Positions 13,926-22,897 are shown, counted from the stretch's first letter. The stretch: DNA of 64,000 nt from a virus (IMGVR_UViG_3300045988_077100:2602-66601); one strand, 5' to 3'. Made by a program: numbers and translations. Notes: generated by a model not told the origin, from the letters alone.

Positions 13926-15089
13926 TCAGGCGGGCGCACAAGGCTTTTTTTCGAGGGGATGTTCTGCGTCCGAATCGGGGTCATGGCCTCGGTTTTTGTA
14001 AAACCGCTCCATTTTGTTTTCGGCGTTGAGCCGATCTTCTTTGGCAAGTTTTAGGTAAATCTTGTGAACGGTGTTGTGGTCGCTCCATCCGCCGATTTCT
14101 TGCACCTCCAATTCGCTAAGCCCCAGATGGAAACCGAGGGAGGCAAAGGAGCGGCGAAGTCCGTGAACACCGCACTCAGGAAGGTCATTCTTTTTGCAGA
14201 TCAGGTTAATGCCGCCGCGCAAAGAATTTTCAGTACAATCCAGAATGGGAAGGCCGGCACTTTTCCTCTGTGAAAGCAGGTCATAAAGGGCGGGGATCAT
14301 AATTTGGATCGTGCGTTGAGACGAAACGTTTTTGTTAGTCTTTTTATACACAAAGTCTCCGTTTTTATCCATGACCCGTGCGCCCTGAATTTTGATCCGC
14401 TTTTTCTTTAAGTCGATGTTTTCCCAAGATAGGCCGAATATTTCAGACCGGCGGAGGCTGTGAAGGGCCAGCAGCGCGCCCACTTCAAACCGGCTGCCGC
14501 TCACAGCGTCCACAAAAACAAGGATCTGCTGGTAGGTCAGCCAGGGAAGGTCTTTTTTTATGCTTTGAGGGAGACGGACTTCCGGCGGAGCGATGTGATT
14601 ATCCCGCATCACGGTGCAAACAAGGCCCCATGAATTATACACTGTTTTAGGGGACAGGGTTTCACTGGCTTCGTCGATCTCCTGCTGCCAATTTGATATA
14701 TCCTGTATTTTGGCATTGATCTTTCCGGGGAAGCGATTCTTTTTGATACACTCATATCCCCGGATCGTGGATGGAGACAAAGATTGATTTTTTTCCAAAT
14801 AACTGTCGATTGCCTGAAGAAGCGTGAGACTGCATTTTGCGTCCTTTTTAGCTTCCAGAAAGCCGGCGCGGATGGCGCGGGCCTTGGCTTCGCAGAGAGC
14901 GGCGGTATCTTCCGTGATACTTTGCCCTTCGGCCCGCAGTTCGATGTTCCACTTGCCGGACTTCAACTGACGTGGGGAGGGGACTTTGATCTCGTCCTTC
15001 TTTTTGCGCTCCCTAATCTGGCGTTCGCCGCACCACTTGCAGAAGATAGAATCATCATCAATGACACGCTTACAGTTTTTGCATTTCAT
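13926..15089 (-). CDS. int: Tyrosine integrase with N-terminal zinc ribbon
   Basis: Start at MKCKNCKRVIDDDSIFCKWCG.. (GGGAGG SD). C-terminus ..HGLRRSFASLGFHLG..GGWSDHNTVHKIYL carries the HxLR and Y catalytic pattern. Confidence 0.85.
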   Translation of the reverse strand: MKCKNCKRVIDDDSIFCKWCGERQIRERKKKDEIKVPSPRQLKSGKWNIELRAEGQSITEDTAALCEAKARAIRAGFLEAKKDAKCSLTLLQAIDSYLEKNQSLSPSTIRGYECIKKNRFPGKINAKIQDISNWQQEIDEASETLSPKTVYNSWGLVCTVMRDNHIAPPEVRLPQSIKKDLPWLTYQQILVFVDAVSGSRFEVGALLALHSLRRSEIFGLSWENIDLKKKRIKIQGARVMDKNGDFVYKKTNKNVSSQRTIQIMIPALYDLLSQRKSAGLPILDCTENSLRGGINLICKKNDLPECGVHGLRRSFASLGFHLGLSELEVQEIGGWSDHNTVHKIYLKLAKEDRLNAENKMERFYKNRGHDPDSDAEHPLEKKPCAPA

Positions 15090-15109
15090 GCGCACACCTC
15101 CCGTGTGTA

Positions 15110-15562
15110 TCAGCCGTGGAAGAACCCAAATTCCAGACAGTGCAGATCCAGATAAACGGCGTAAGCCACGACGAAGATCAAAAGGACCAACATCCATCGC
15201 AAAAGACGGTCCCGGTTGCGGATGCCGTGGGACTGACGTTCCACAAATTCCCGGAGAAGTTCGTTCTGGGCGTTCAGGCCGTTGATCTCCTGACGGTAGA
15301 CGTCCAGTTCCCGGCTTACGATCTCCTCAATGGTTTCTGGGGGTGTAGGATCTTCCGCTGGCTCCATTCCCAAAAACTGATCAATGGAAATTCCGAGGAA
15401 AGCGCAGATGGGTCCAAGGGTTTCCAGTGTAGGGGAATGGGTGGTAGCGCGGAACATATTGTTCACCGTGTTGAGAGGAACTCCGCTGCCGTCCGCGATT
15501 TCCTTGTTTGTGATGTGTTTTTCCTCTTTTGCCGCGCGGCACTGATCAATCAATGACAGCAT
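15110..15562 (-). CDS. XRE-family HTH regulator with C-terminal transmembrane segment
   Basis: ..ITNKEIADGSGVPLNTVNNMF.. HTH, then ..LLRWMLVLLIFVVAYAVYL hydrophobic helix. Confidence 0.7.
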   Translation of the reverse strand: MLSLIDQCRAAKEEKHITNKEIADGSGVPLNTVNNMFRATTHSPTLETLGPICAFLGISIDQFLGMEPAEDPTPPETIEEIVSRELDVYRQEINGLNAQNELLREFVERQSHGIRNRDRLLRWMLVLLIFVVAYAVYLDLHCLEFGFFHG

Positions 15563-15613
15563 ACGAAGAGCACCTCCTTGTTGAAAATTGCCAAAATGTT
15601 TAGACTGACAGTA

Positions 15614-15648
15614 GAAATCGTGTGTATCAACACCGAAATCGTGCGTAT
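15614..15648. promoter_or_regulatory. Direct repeat GAAATCGTG(T/C)GTAT x2 upstream of 15110..15562
   Basis: Copies at 15614-15627 and 15635-15648, 21-nt period, just upstream of the minus-strand start. Confidence 0.45.
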
Positions 15649-15826
15649 TAAGACTTACAAACCTGGAGACTTGATGGTACGATAATAACAGACCTACCGC
15701 ACCCCCAAGCAGCAGGTCTTAACGGGCCGCCGCTTTCGTGGCTGGGGCGGCGGCCATCCATCACAGCTTCAGGGGGCAAGGGAGAAAAACGGAACGGATG
15801 GGGAGAAAGGACTTGTATGTGTAGAA

Positions 15827-15979
15827 ATGGAATCAACAGGAGCAGACCTTCATACCGACGCGGGTCTCCGTAAGGAATTGAAACACCAGATCAAAGGACT
15901 GTCGGATGAAAGCATGAAAAAGCTGTGGGAAGCTATTCAATGCGGGGTGTTCGGCGCACCGCTGGAAACCGGAAATTAG
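15827..15979 (+). CDS. Possible small protein (50 aa)
   Basis: MESTGADLHTDAGLRKELKHQIKGL... Weak SD. Below the ORF-track cut-off. Confidence 0.3.
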   Translation: MESTGADLHTDAGLRKELKHQIKGLSDESMKKLWEAIQCGVFGAPLETGN

Positions 15980-16494
15980 GTAGTGGGCTTCCCCTGACGG
16001 CTTTTTAAAAACTCAACGTACTGCGCAAGGTCGGCCAGCTGGCCAGCCTCGCAGGAATCGACAAAATCATAGATGGCTTTTGCGTAGCCGCTGCCCGTCC
16101 CGCTTTTGGCGGGGCGGGTATTTTTTTTGGCCTGACGGTCAGCCGCAGCCTCGATGGTTTGAATAAAAGTGAGGTCATGGAGCGATTCCCGCAGGCCGTC
16201 GATCTCCACGGCGATTTCGTCCGCTTCCTCCGCCGTGGCGGTTTTTTGTGCCTTTTCCAGCTCCGCCAAGCGGAAGTTGGCTTCGTCAATCTGGGAATCA
16301 GCGGAGACACCCATCACATATTCAACGGGAACTTCAAAATAATCGGCAATGCGGGAGATGGTGGAACTATCCGGAATTGCCGCTGTTTTTTTCCACTTGG
16401 TCGGCGTAGAGTTGCTGAGGCCCATTTCCGTGGCCGCTTTGGTACAGGAAATGTTTTTGCGCTGACACAGCAGTTTAAATCTGTCATAAAACAT
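15976..16494 (-). CDS. CI-like XRE-family repressor (172 aa)
   Basis: MFYDRFKLLCQRKNISCTKAATEMGLSNSTPTKWKK.. HTH. Divergent from the Cro-like gene. Confidence 0.75.
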   Translation of the reverse strand: MFYDRFKLLCQRKNISCTKAATEMGLSNSTPTKWKKTAAIPDSSTISRIADYFEVPVEYVMGVSADSQIDEANFRLAELEKAQKTATAEEADEIAVEIDGLRESLHDLTFIQTIEAAADRQAKKNTRPAKSGTGSGYAKAIYDFVDSCEAGQLADLAQYVEFLKSRQGKPTT

Positions 16495-16532
16495 AAGTCT
16501 TGCCCCCTGATTTTGAGCATTATGCCGAAACT

Positions 16533-16687
16533 AACCAAAATCAGGAAAACGGGTTGACAACCTGACCACAGTCAGGTATCATAAGCGTATAAACTGATTT
16601 TGGTCAGTTAATTTGACGGCGGTGAGGTTAATGGATTTTGCTGGTTTGGTCACTTGCATCATATCATTAAACCTAACCAAAGTCAAC
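16533..16687. promoter_or_regulatory. Lysogeny-switch operator cluster
   Basis: ACCAAA(A/G)TCA half-sites at 16533-16544 and 16675-16687, and in reverse orientation within the palindrome AACTGATTTTGGTCAGTT (16592-16609) and at 16642-16653. Palindrome CCTGAC-CACA-GTCAGG at 16561-16576. Confidence 0.55.
16554..16582 (+). promoter_or_regulatory. Sigma-70-type promoter toward the Cro-like gene
   Basis: TTGACA, 17 nt, TATCAT. The spacer contains the CCTGACCACAGTCAGG palindrome. Confidence 0.5.
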
Positions 16688-16713
16688 ATTTTTAATGAAG
16701 GAGGTTAGATTTG

Positions 16714-16926
16714 ATGCCTGCAAAATGGACCGGCGAGTTGGTGGGGGAGATCCACAACGCCGGATTGACGATCAAAGAGGTTGCGGAAGCAGCTGGAATG
16801 AACCCCAAGTACATCAGCACCGTGCTCAACAGCGACGGCGACGCTCCAAAGGCAGAAGCGAAACTGCGGGCGGCGTTGGCTCGGCTGACCGGGAAAGCTG
16901 CACCGGAGGATGCTGACGAAGCGTGA
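16714..16926 (+). CDS. Cro-like small HTH protein (70 aa)
   Basis: ..GLTIKEVAEAAGMNPKYISTVLN..; AGGAGG SD 9 nt upstream. Confidence 0.6.
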   Translation: MPAKWTGELVGEIHNAGLTIKEVAEAAGMNPKYISTVLNSDGDAPKAEAKLRAALARLTGKAAPEDADEA

Positions 16927-16951
16927 CAAAAAACGAAAAGGGGAAATGTGA

Positions 16952-17695
16952 ATGAACGAGCTTATTAAAGTAACCTACGACAATGACCGGCCTGCTGTCT
17001 CTGCCAGAGATTTGCACGAATTTCTGGAAGTTGGGTCTGAGTATTCTCACTGGTTCAAAAGAATGTGTGAGTACGGTTTTACAGAGGGACAGGACTATTC
17101 GCCATTTTTGACGAATAGGGTGGATGGCCTTTCAGGGAAGCCGAGACAAGATGCAATTTTAACCATCGACATGGCAAAGGAACTGTGTATGCTCCAGCGG
17201 AATGAAAAGGGCAAGCAGGCCCGTCAGTATTTCATTCAACTGGAAAAGGACTGGAACAGTCCGGAGAAAGTGATGGCCCGTGCCTTGCAGATCGCCAACA
17301 AGAAACTGCAAGTGCTGGAAGCCAAGGCGGAAGAGAACCGGCCTAAAGTGCTGTTTGCGGACAGCGTGGCGGCATCCAACACCTCTATCCTTGTTGGGGA
17401 GTTGGCAAAGCTGCTCCGGCAGAACGGCGTGGACATTGGAGGGACGAGATTGTTCCGCTGGATGCGGGAAAACGGGTATCTCATTAGACGCTCCGGTTCG
17501 GACTACAATATGCCCACGCAGCGGAGTATGGAGATGGGCCTTTTCACTATCAAGGAAACGGCGATCACCCATGCGGACGGGACGGTGACGGTGAGCAAGA
17601 CCGTTAAGGTAACGCCAAAAGCACAGATTTATTTTGTGAACAAGTTTCTTGGAGAAAAAACTGTGAAACCAGAGGGGGTAAACCATGGGAGATGA
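16952..17695 (+). CDS. Phage antirepressor (ORF6N/Bro-N-type N-terminus, KilAC-type C-terminus)
   Basis: ..VSARDLHEFLEV..HWFKRM.. and ..ILVGELAKLLRQNGVDIGGTRLFRWMRENGYLI... Confidence 0.75.
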   Translation: MNELIKVTYDNDRPAVSARDLHEFLEVGSEYSHWFKRMCEYGFTEGQDYSPFLTNRVDGLSGKPRQDAILTIDMAKELCMLQRNEKGKQARQYFIQLEKDWNSPEKVMARALQIANKKLQVLEAKAEENRPKVLFADSVAASNTSILVGELAKLLRQNGVDIGGTRLFRWMRENGYLIRRSGSDYNMPTQRSMEMGLFTIKETAITHADGTVTVSKTVKVTPKAQIYFVNKFLGEKTVKPEGVNHGR

Positions 17696-17966
17696 GGATA
17701 TAAACGTTTTTTGGAGTTCTGCGTTTGATGGGTTGACCTTGGAACAGCAGTTTGCAAAGTTTGGCAAGGTTGCAAGTAAGTTGGCAGATGCGTCCACTTT
17801 TGCTCGAATTGGGGAATATGACTCGGCAGAAGAGATTCTGATTGAAGCCACATGTGAGATTTCAGCCCTAAAGTGTAACCCCTTGTTGGAGTTGGCGATT
17901 GCGGTTCGCAACTATATAACTGGACTTAGGAGTGGAACCAATCAGCCTGATTCAGTTGATTACTAA
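17685..17966 (+). CDS. Hypothetical protein (93 aa)
   Basis: ORF track; SD AGGGGG. Confidence 0.5.
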   Translation: MGDEDINVFWSSAFDGLTLEQQFAKFGKVASKLADASTFARIGEYDSAEEILIEATCEISALKCNPLLELAIAVRNYITGLRSGTNQPDSVDY

Positions 17967-17986
17967 TCACGAAAGGAGGCGGCGGG

Positions 17987-18226
17987 ATGCCGCGTGTAAA
18001 GCTGGGGCGGAAGCCCAATGACGAGGTTTTGATCTCACTGCTGTGGGGCAGACAGGCCGCCATGGGGATGCCGGTGGGCACCATGGCGGAAAAGGCGGGC
18101 ATGACGCCGCAGACCCTACGGGCGCGGAAGAAGTCCCCGCAGGACTTTTCGCTGAAGGAACTGCTGAAGCTGGGACGCGCACTGGATATTCCCATTGAGG
18201 AACTGCGGGATGCCATCCGCTATTAA
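17987..18226 (+). CDS. Small HTH-like protein (79 aa)
   Basis: ..MAEKAGMTPQTLRARKKSPQDFSLKELLKLGRAL..; AAGGAGG SD. Confidence 0.55.
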   Translation: MPRVKLGRKPNDEVLISLLWGRQAAMGMPVGTMAEKAGMTPQTLRARKKSPQDFSLKELLKLGRALDIPIEELRDAIRY

Positions 18227-18245
18227 CGAAGGGAGCAAGAGGACC

Positions 18246-18380
18246 ATGACACCGACGCATATCAGCGCAAAGACGCTGGAAGCCATTGAAAAGGCGCTGG
18301 CCCACGGAGACCGCGTAGAGCTGATCCCGGTGAAGGACGGCGTGAAGGTGATCCGCATCCGGCGGGACGAGATCAAGTAA
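18246..18380 (+). CDS. Hypothetical protein (44 aa)
   Basis: MTPTHISAKTLEAIEKALAHGDRVELIPV..; in-frame Met of ORF 18195..18380, with AAGAGG SD. Confidence 0.4.
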   Translation: MTPTHISAKTLEAIEKALAHGDRVELIPVKDGVKVIRIRRDEIK

Positions 18381-18406
18381 GCCTATGGGAAAAGTGAATG
18401 AGATGC

Positions 18407-18485
18407 CTGTCCCTAAGCGTTGGGGCAGAGGAGCAGAGCGTTGCTGACGCCGGAATGACCGGCGTGGGCAGCGCTTTTTGTTTTT
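18407..18485 (+). terminator. Two-hairpin element, copy 1 of 3 (UAAGCGUU-loop hairpin, 8-nt linker, long terminator hairpin)
   Basis: CTGTCCC-TAAGCGTT-GGGGCAG, AGGAGCAG, then a 17-bp hairpin (18437-18475) with AATGA loop and a T-run. Positions 18429-18479 match 35524-35574 with one mismatch. Confidence 0.7.
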
Positions 18486-18507
18486 GCTGTAAGGAGACGG
18501 AATTTTG

Positions 18508-19245
18508 ATGAAAACCTTTGAGGAATACAAGGCGGAGGCCGCATGGGAAGCCCACTTGGAAAACGCCCTTCGCGTGGCACGGCGGGAAGCTGCGGAGCGT
18601 AGGCGGAAGGCCATCCGCAGAGCGGTTCTGCTGTGGGTGTCTGTGGCGCTGGTGCTGGCGGTGCTGTGGCTGACACGGGACACCGGGAAGCCGGAGCCGG
18701 AGGCGCCCACCGTAACGGCGGGACGGCTGGCCGGGGACGAGACACCGGCGGCGGAGTACGCTTCGCTGGTTCTCTGGCAGGAGCTGGACCCTGAGACAGC
18801 CCCGCCGGTTCAGGAGGACTACGAGAACGAGAAGATCGAAGCGGCGCTTTACGCCAGCGGGTATTTCCGGGAGGACGTTCCTCTGGACGGAGAACTGCAA
18901 AGCCAGCTTCGGGCGGCCTGTGAGGAAAGCGGCGTGGAGTACACGCTGATGCTGGCCATCATCCGCAAGGAGACCGGCTACCGGAACGTGAAGGGCGACG
19001 GCGGGGCCAGTTGGGGCTACTGCCAGGTACAACCCCGGTGGCACAAGGCCCGGATGGAGCGTTTGGGGGTCACGGACCTGATGGACCCCTTCGGGAATTT
19101 CCGGGTGGCCTGCGACTACATGGCGGAGCTTTTGAGCCGGTATGACGTGGAGAACGCCCTGACGGCCTACAACAGCGGCCATCCGGGGCACAGCGATTAT
19201 GCCAGAACCGTGATGGGGTATTGGGAGGAACTGAAAAATGGGTGA
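18508..19245 (+). CDS. Membrane-anchored lytic transglycosylase (SLT-like)
   Basis: N-terminal TM segment (AVLLWVSVALVLAVLWL). ..LMLAIIRKETGYRNVKGDGGASWGYCQVQPRWH.. resembles the SLT catalytic region. Confidence 0.65.
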   Translation: MKTFEEYKAEAAWEAHLENALRVARREAAERRRKAIRRAVLLWVSVALVLAVLWLTRDTGKPEPEAPTVTAGRLAGDETPAAEYASLVLWQELDPETAPPVQEDYENEKIEAALYASGYFREDVPLDGELQSQLRAACEESGVEYTLMLAIIRKETGYRNVKGDGGASWGYCQVQPRWHKARMERLGVTDLMDPFGNFRVACDYMAELLSRYDVENALTAYNSGHPGHSDYARTVMGYWEELKNG

Positions 19246-19885
19246 GTTGGTACGGCTGACTTTCCCGGACCGGCCGCAATGGCTGGCAGGACGGGGCCGT
19301 GGCATCGGCGGCAGCGAGGCGGCGGCGGCCATTGGGCGAAGCCCATGGAAAACGGCGCTGACGCTGTGGAAGGAGAAAACCGGGACGCAAGCCGCGCCTG
19401 ATCTCGGCGGCAACGAGGCCGTGGAGCTGGGGCGGCGAATGGAACCGGCCATCCGGGACTTCTTCATGGCCCAGTATCCCGGCTACGAGCTTTACTACGG
19501 TGCCTATGACATTCTCTACCAGAGCGACCGCCCATGGCTTTTTGCCACGCTGGACGGAGAACTGACGGAGACGGACACCGGACGGAAGGGCATTTTGGAG
19601 ATCAAAACCTCGACCGTGAGCCGGGGGATTGACTGGGCGAAATGGCGGGATCAGGTTCCGGAGAACTATTTCACGCAGATCCTTCACCAGCTGCTTGCCA
19701 CCGGGTATGACTTCGCCGTGCTCTATGCGGCGCTCTATGATCTGTCCGGCAACATTACACTGCGCCGCTATGACTTTGAGCGGCGGGAGCACGAGGCGGA
19801 CCTGAAATGGCTGCTGGAACAGGAAACGGCCTTTTGGGACCATGTGGAGGCGGGGACGATGCCCGCCCAGACTTTGATTTTGTAA
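19238..19885 (+). CDS. YqaJ-like recombination exonuclease
   Basis: ..GIGGSEAAAAIGRSPWKTALTLWKEKTG.. and ..LEIKTS.. are typical YqaJ motifs. Lies upstream of the RecT-like gene 21396..22385, separated from it by three small genes. Confidence 0.8.
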   Translation: MGELVRLTFPDRPQWLAGRGRGIGGSEAAAAIGRSPWKTALTLWKEKTGTQAAPDLGGNEAVELGRRMEPAIRDFFMAQYPGYELYYGAYDILYQSDRPWLFATLDGELTETDTGRKGILEIKTSTVSRGIDWAKWRDQVPENYFTQILHQLLATGYDFAVLYAALYDLSGNITLRRYDFERREHEADLKWLLEQETAFWDHVEAGTMPAQTLIL

Positions 19886-19929
19886 GGCGCACAACTCCGA
19901 AAAATTTAAACATGAAAAGGAGAATTTAT

Positions 19930-20217
19930 ATGGAAAAAGAAGTGTTTCACATCACGGTGAAAAACGTGGAATCCGGGGAGGTTGTGATGGACAGGGACTC
20001 TGCGGCGTTTACCTGCATTGCGGCAAATGAGGAGAATACGCATGTACTCACCTCCCTTAACGGAGATGCCATTCTTGTGGGCAGGCTGTTGTGGCGGGCG
20101 CAGGAGGAGATCGATCGGATTCTCCAGGCGCATCCCGAACTGAAACTTGTTGCGAAGGCCATTGCCGCTTTGGAGGCGGAGGATGCCGATAAGACGGACG
20201 AGGAGGAGAAAGCATGA
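19930..20217 (+). CDS. Hypothetical protein (95 aa)
   Basis: In-frame Met with AAGGAG SD inside ORF 19807..20217. Confidence 0.5.
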   Translation: MEKEVFHITVKNVESGEVVMDRDSAAFTCIAANEENTHVLTSLNGDAILVGRLLWRAQEEIDRILQAHPELKLVAKAIAALEAEDADKTDEEEKA

Positions 20218-20462
20218 TGCTGGTAAACATTCGCTATTACAAGCCCCTGCACAAGGCATACGCGGGGAACGCATTTACCTACCGGACGGCACTGCCGCTG
20301 ACGGTGGGGGACAAGGTGATGGCTCCCACGCAGGGCGGAGACAAGCGGGCCATGGTGGTGGAGGTCAACGTGCCGGAGAGCCGTGTGGACGAGCGGATCA
20401 TGCCGCTGCTGAAGGAGATCACGGCCTATGACACCGGGGAAAAGGAGGACGCGGACGCATGA
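20214..20462 (+). CDS. Hypothetical protein (82 aa)
   Basis: ORF track; GAGGAGG SD. Confidence 0.5.
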   Translation: MMLVNIRYYKPLHKAYAGNAFTYRTALPLTVGDKVMAPTQGGDKRAMVVEVNVPESRVDERIMPLLKEITAYDTGEKEDADA

Positions 20463-21376
20463 GCAGCGCAATGGAATTTGCAATTACCACGGATCTTACT
20501 CCGTTGAAGGAGTTTAACATCTCCGCCAACTTTGCGGAGTGTCAGGCGTGGCTGGAAGAGAATCTGGCTCCATACCGGGGCATGGTTGTGACGGAGGAGG
20601 CTATCGGGGCGGCGAAGAAGTACCGGGCCAACATCCGCTCCGTGGCCGCACGTATCGACGAGTGCCGGAAGATGGCCAAGGCGGCGGCGCTGGCAAGCTA
20701 CGCCCCCTTTGAGGAAAAGTGCAAGGCGCTGACGGCCCTGTGCGACGAATCTGCCGCCAATCTGGACGGCCAGATCAAAGCCTTTGACGAACGGCGCCGC
20801 ATGGAGAAGCTGGACGCTATCCGGGCCTTTTTTGATGAGCGCATCGGAGAACTTGCGGAATTTCTCCCGTGGGAAGCGGTTCTGGACAAGCGGTGGGGCA
20901 ACGCCACCTATTCCGAGGAACAGGCCCACAAGGACATTCTGGTGGCGATCAGCAAGTGCGACAGCAGCATTGCCGCCATCCGCGGGCTGAACAGTGAGTT
21001 CGAGACCACGCTGCTGGAAGAGTACAAGCAGTGTCATGACCTGCCCACGGTGCTGAAAAAGGATCAGGCGCTCAAGCGGGTGAAGGAGATCGAGGAACAG
21101 CGGAAGGCGGAACAGGAACAGCGCAGACAGCAGGCCGAGGCTGCGCGGGCGGCGGAGGAAGCCGCCAGAGCGGAGCGGTTGCAGGCCGTCGTGGAAGCGG
21201 CCAGAGCCATTCAGACAAGTCCAGTCGTCTCAGAGCCGGTAAAGGCAGCGGTGAAAGCCGCAATGGAACCGTCCCTCATTACGCTTTCGTTCCGGGTGAC
21301 AGGCACGGTGGAGCAGCTGAACGGACTGCGGGATTATATGCTGGCCAACGGCATTGCCTTTGGCCGTGCGGACTGA
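20459..21376 (+). CDS. DUF1351-like phage protein (305 aa)
   Basis: Position upstream of RecT; coiled-coil Ala/Glu-rich middle region. Family call from memory. Confidence 0.5.
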   Translation: MSSAMEFAITTDLTPLKEFNISANFAECQAWLEENLAPYRGMVVTEEAIGAAKKYRANIRSVAARIDECRKMAKAAALASYAPFEEKCKALTALCDESAANLDGQIKAFDERRRMEKLDAIRAFFDERIGELAEFLPWEAVLDKRWGNATYSEEQAHKDILVAISKCDSSIAAIRGLNSEFETTLLEEYKQCHDLPTVLKKDQALKRVKEIEEQRKAEQEQRRQQAEAARAAEEAARAERLQAVVEAARAIQTSPVVSEPVKAAVKAAMEPSLITLSFRVTGTVEQLNGLRDYMLANGIAFGRAD

Positions 21377-21395
21377 ATAAGGGAGGAATTTTGAC

Positions 21396-22385
21396 ATGAA
21401 GGCAACCAACAGCTTTGCGGCCCAGACCCAGCGGGACAAGCCCACGTTTTCCATGGCGATCGCGGCCCCCAGTATGCAGAAGATGATCCAGAGCGCTCTG
21501 CGGAGCGACAAGGCGGCGGCGCGGCTGACCTCCACGCTGATCTCCGCCGTGAATGCCAGCGAACAGCTGAGAGCCTGTGAACCCAGCACCATTGTGGCGG
21601 CGGCACTTCGGGGCGAGGGCATGGGCCTGATCTTTGGCCATGGCTACTATGTGGTGCCCTACGGGACTACCGCTACATACCTACTTTCGTACAAGGGCTA
21701 TATCCAGCTTGCCATGTCCACCGGATTTTATGCGGACATTGACTGCGTGGAAATCCGTGAGGGCGAGATCGAGGGCCGTGACCGGCGAACCGGTAAGCCC
21801 ATCGTGAACCTTGCCAAGTACGAGAGTGACGAGGAACGGCAGAGTAAGCCCATTATCGGCTACTACGGCTACTTTGAATTGAAGGACTCTACGTTCCGCT
21901 ACGAATACTGGCCCATGGACCGGCTCCTGCGCCATGCGGACCGGTACTCCAAGGCGTTCAGCTATGAGAAGTTCAAGGCCATGCAGAGCGGGGAAATGAA
22001 CCCCAAGGACGTGGAAAAGCTGCTGAACGGTTCCCCCTGGTACGATCCCAACGGCGGGCAGGACCGGATGTGCCGCAAGACGATTCTGCGGCAGCTGCTG
22101 AACAGCGGCTATGCGCCCCTGTCCCCGGAGGTCAAGACCCAGCTCATGGAGGAAGCCAGCGCCGAGGACGAGGGCATGATCCCGGATATGCCCATGCCGG
22201 AGCGCACGGTGGCATCTACCGGAGAGGTGGTGGAGACCGCGCCTGCGGCTGTGGAAGCCCATCAGGAGACCGTGGAGGGTGACGCCGGTATGGTTATGCC
22301 CCCCAAGTCTGAAAAGACCGCAGAGACCCCTCAGAAGGGGCAGGACGAGGGAATGGACTATGCGGCCACCTTCTTTGGGGAATGA
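21396..22385 (+). CDS. recT: RecT-family single-strand annealing protein
   Basis: ..LRACEPSTIVAAALRGEGMGLIFGHGYYVVPYG..YKGYIQLA.. matches RecT. Confidence 0.8.
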   Translation: MKATNSFAAQTQRDKPTFSMAIAAPSMQKMIQSALRSDKAAARLTSTLISAVNASEQLRACEPSTIVAAALRGEGMGLIFGHGYYVVPYGTTATYLLSYKGYIQLAMSTGFYADIDCVEIREGEIEGRDRRTGKPIVNLAKYESDEERQSKPIIGYYGYFELKDSTFRYEYWPMDRLLRHADRYSKAFSYEKFKAMQSGEMNPKDVEKLLNGSPWYDPNGGQDRMCRKTILRQLLNSGYAPLSPEVKTQLMEEASAEDEGMIPDMPMPERTVASTGEVVETAPAAVEAHQETVEGDAGMVMPPKSEKTAETPQKGQDEGMDYAATFFGE

Positions 22386-22396
22386 GGTGAGGAGAC

Positions 22397-22897
22397 ATGC
22401 TGATCTCCATTAAGACGCGGGAGGAGGACGGGAGCCGGTACATGATCTGTGCCGGCACCGTCACCCGTGAAGTCAAAACCGGAACCACAGCCAAGGGAAC
22501 GCCGAAGGCGGAATTTGGCATGAAGTACGCCAAGGGCGAGTTCATGAACGTGTCCGCCGTGGGGGACGATGACGTGACCCGCATGGCGGCGTGCCTGGAA
22601 AAGGGAGATGCCGTTCTGGTGTGCGGCGTGTGGAAAACCCGGAGCTACACCACCCGTGACGGGGAACAGAAGGAGTGGAGCGAGCTTCACGCGGAGTTCG
22701 TGGCCCCGCAGGCGGTGATGGCGGCCGTGCTGGACCTGCTGTCGGCGGGAAGCGGGAAAACGCCCGTCTCCGAACCGGCGAAGCCTATGGAACACAGCGG
22801 CAGTCAGGCGGGTTCCCTTGACAGTCAGGAGGACGCCGTTTTGCCGTGGGAACAGCCCGAAGAGGACGAACCCTACGATTATGTACCGCAGATTTAG
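22397..22897 (+). CDS. ssb: Single-stranded DNA-binding protein-like
   Basis: OB-fold-sized N-terminal domain, flexible linker and acidic tail EEDEPYDYVPQI. Sits after RecT. Confidence 0.6.
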   Translation: MLISIKTREEDGSRYMICAGTVTREVKTGTTAKGTPKAEFGMKYAKGEFMNVSAVGDDDVTRMAACLEKGDAVLVCGVWKTRSYTTRDGEQKEWSELHAEFVAPQAVMAAVLDLLSAGSGKTPVSEPAKPMEHSGSQAGSLDSQEDAVLPWEQPEEDEPYDYVPQI

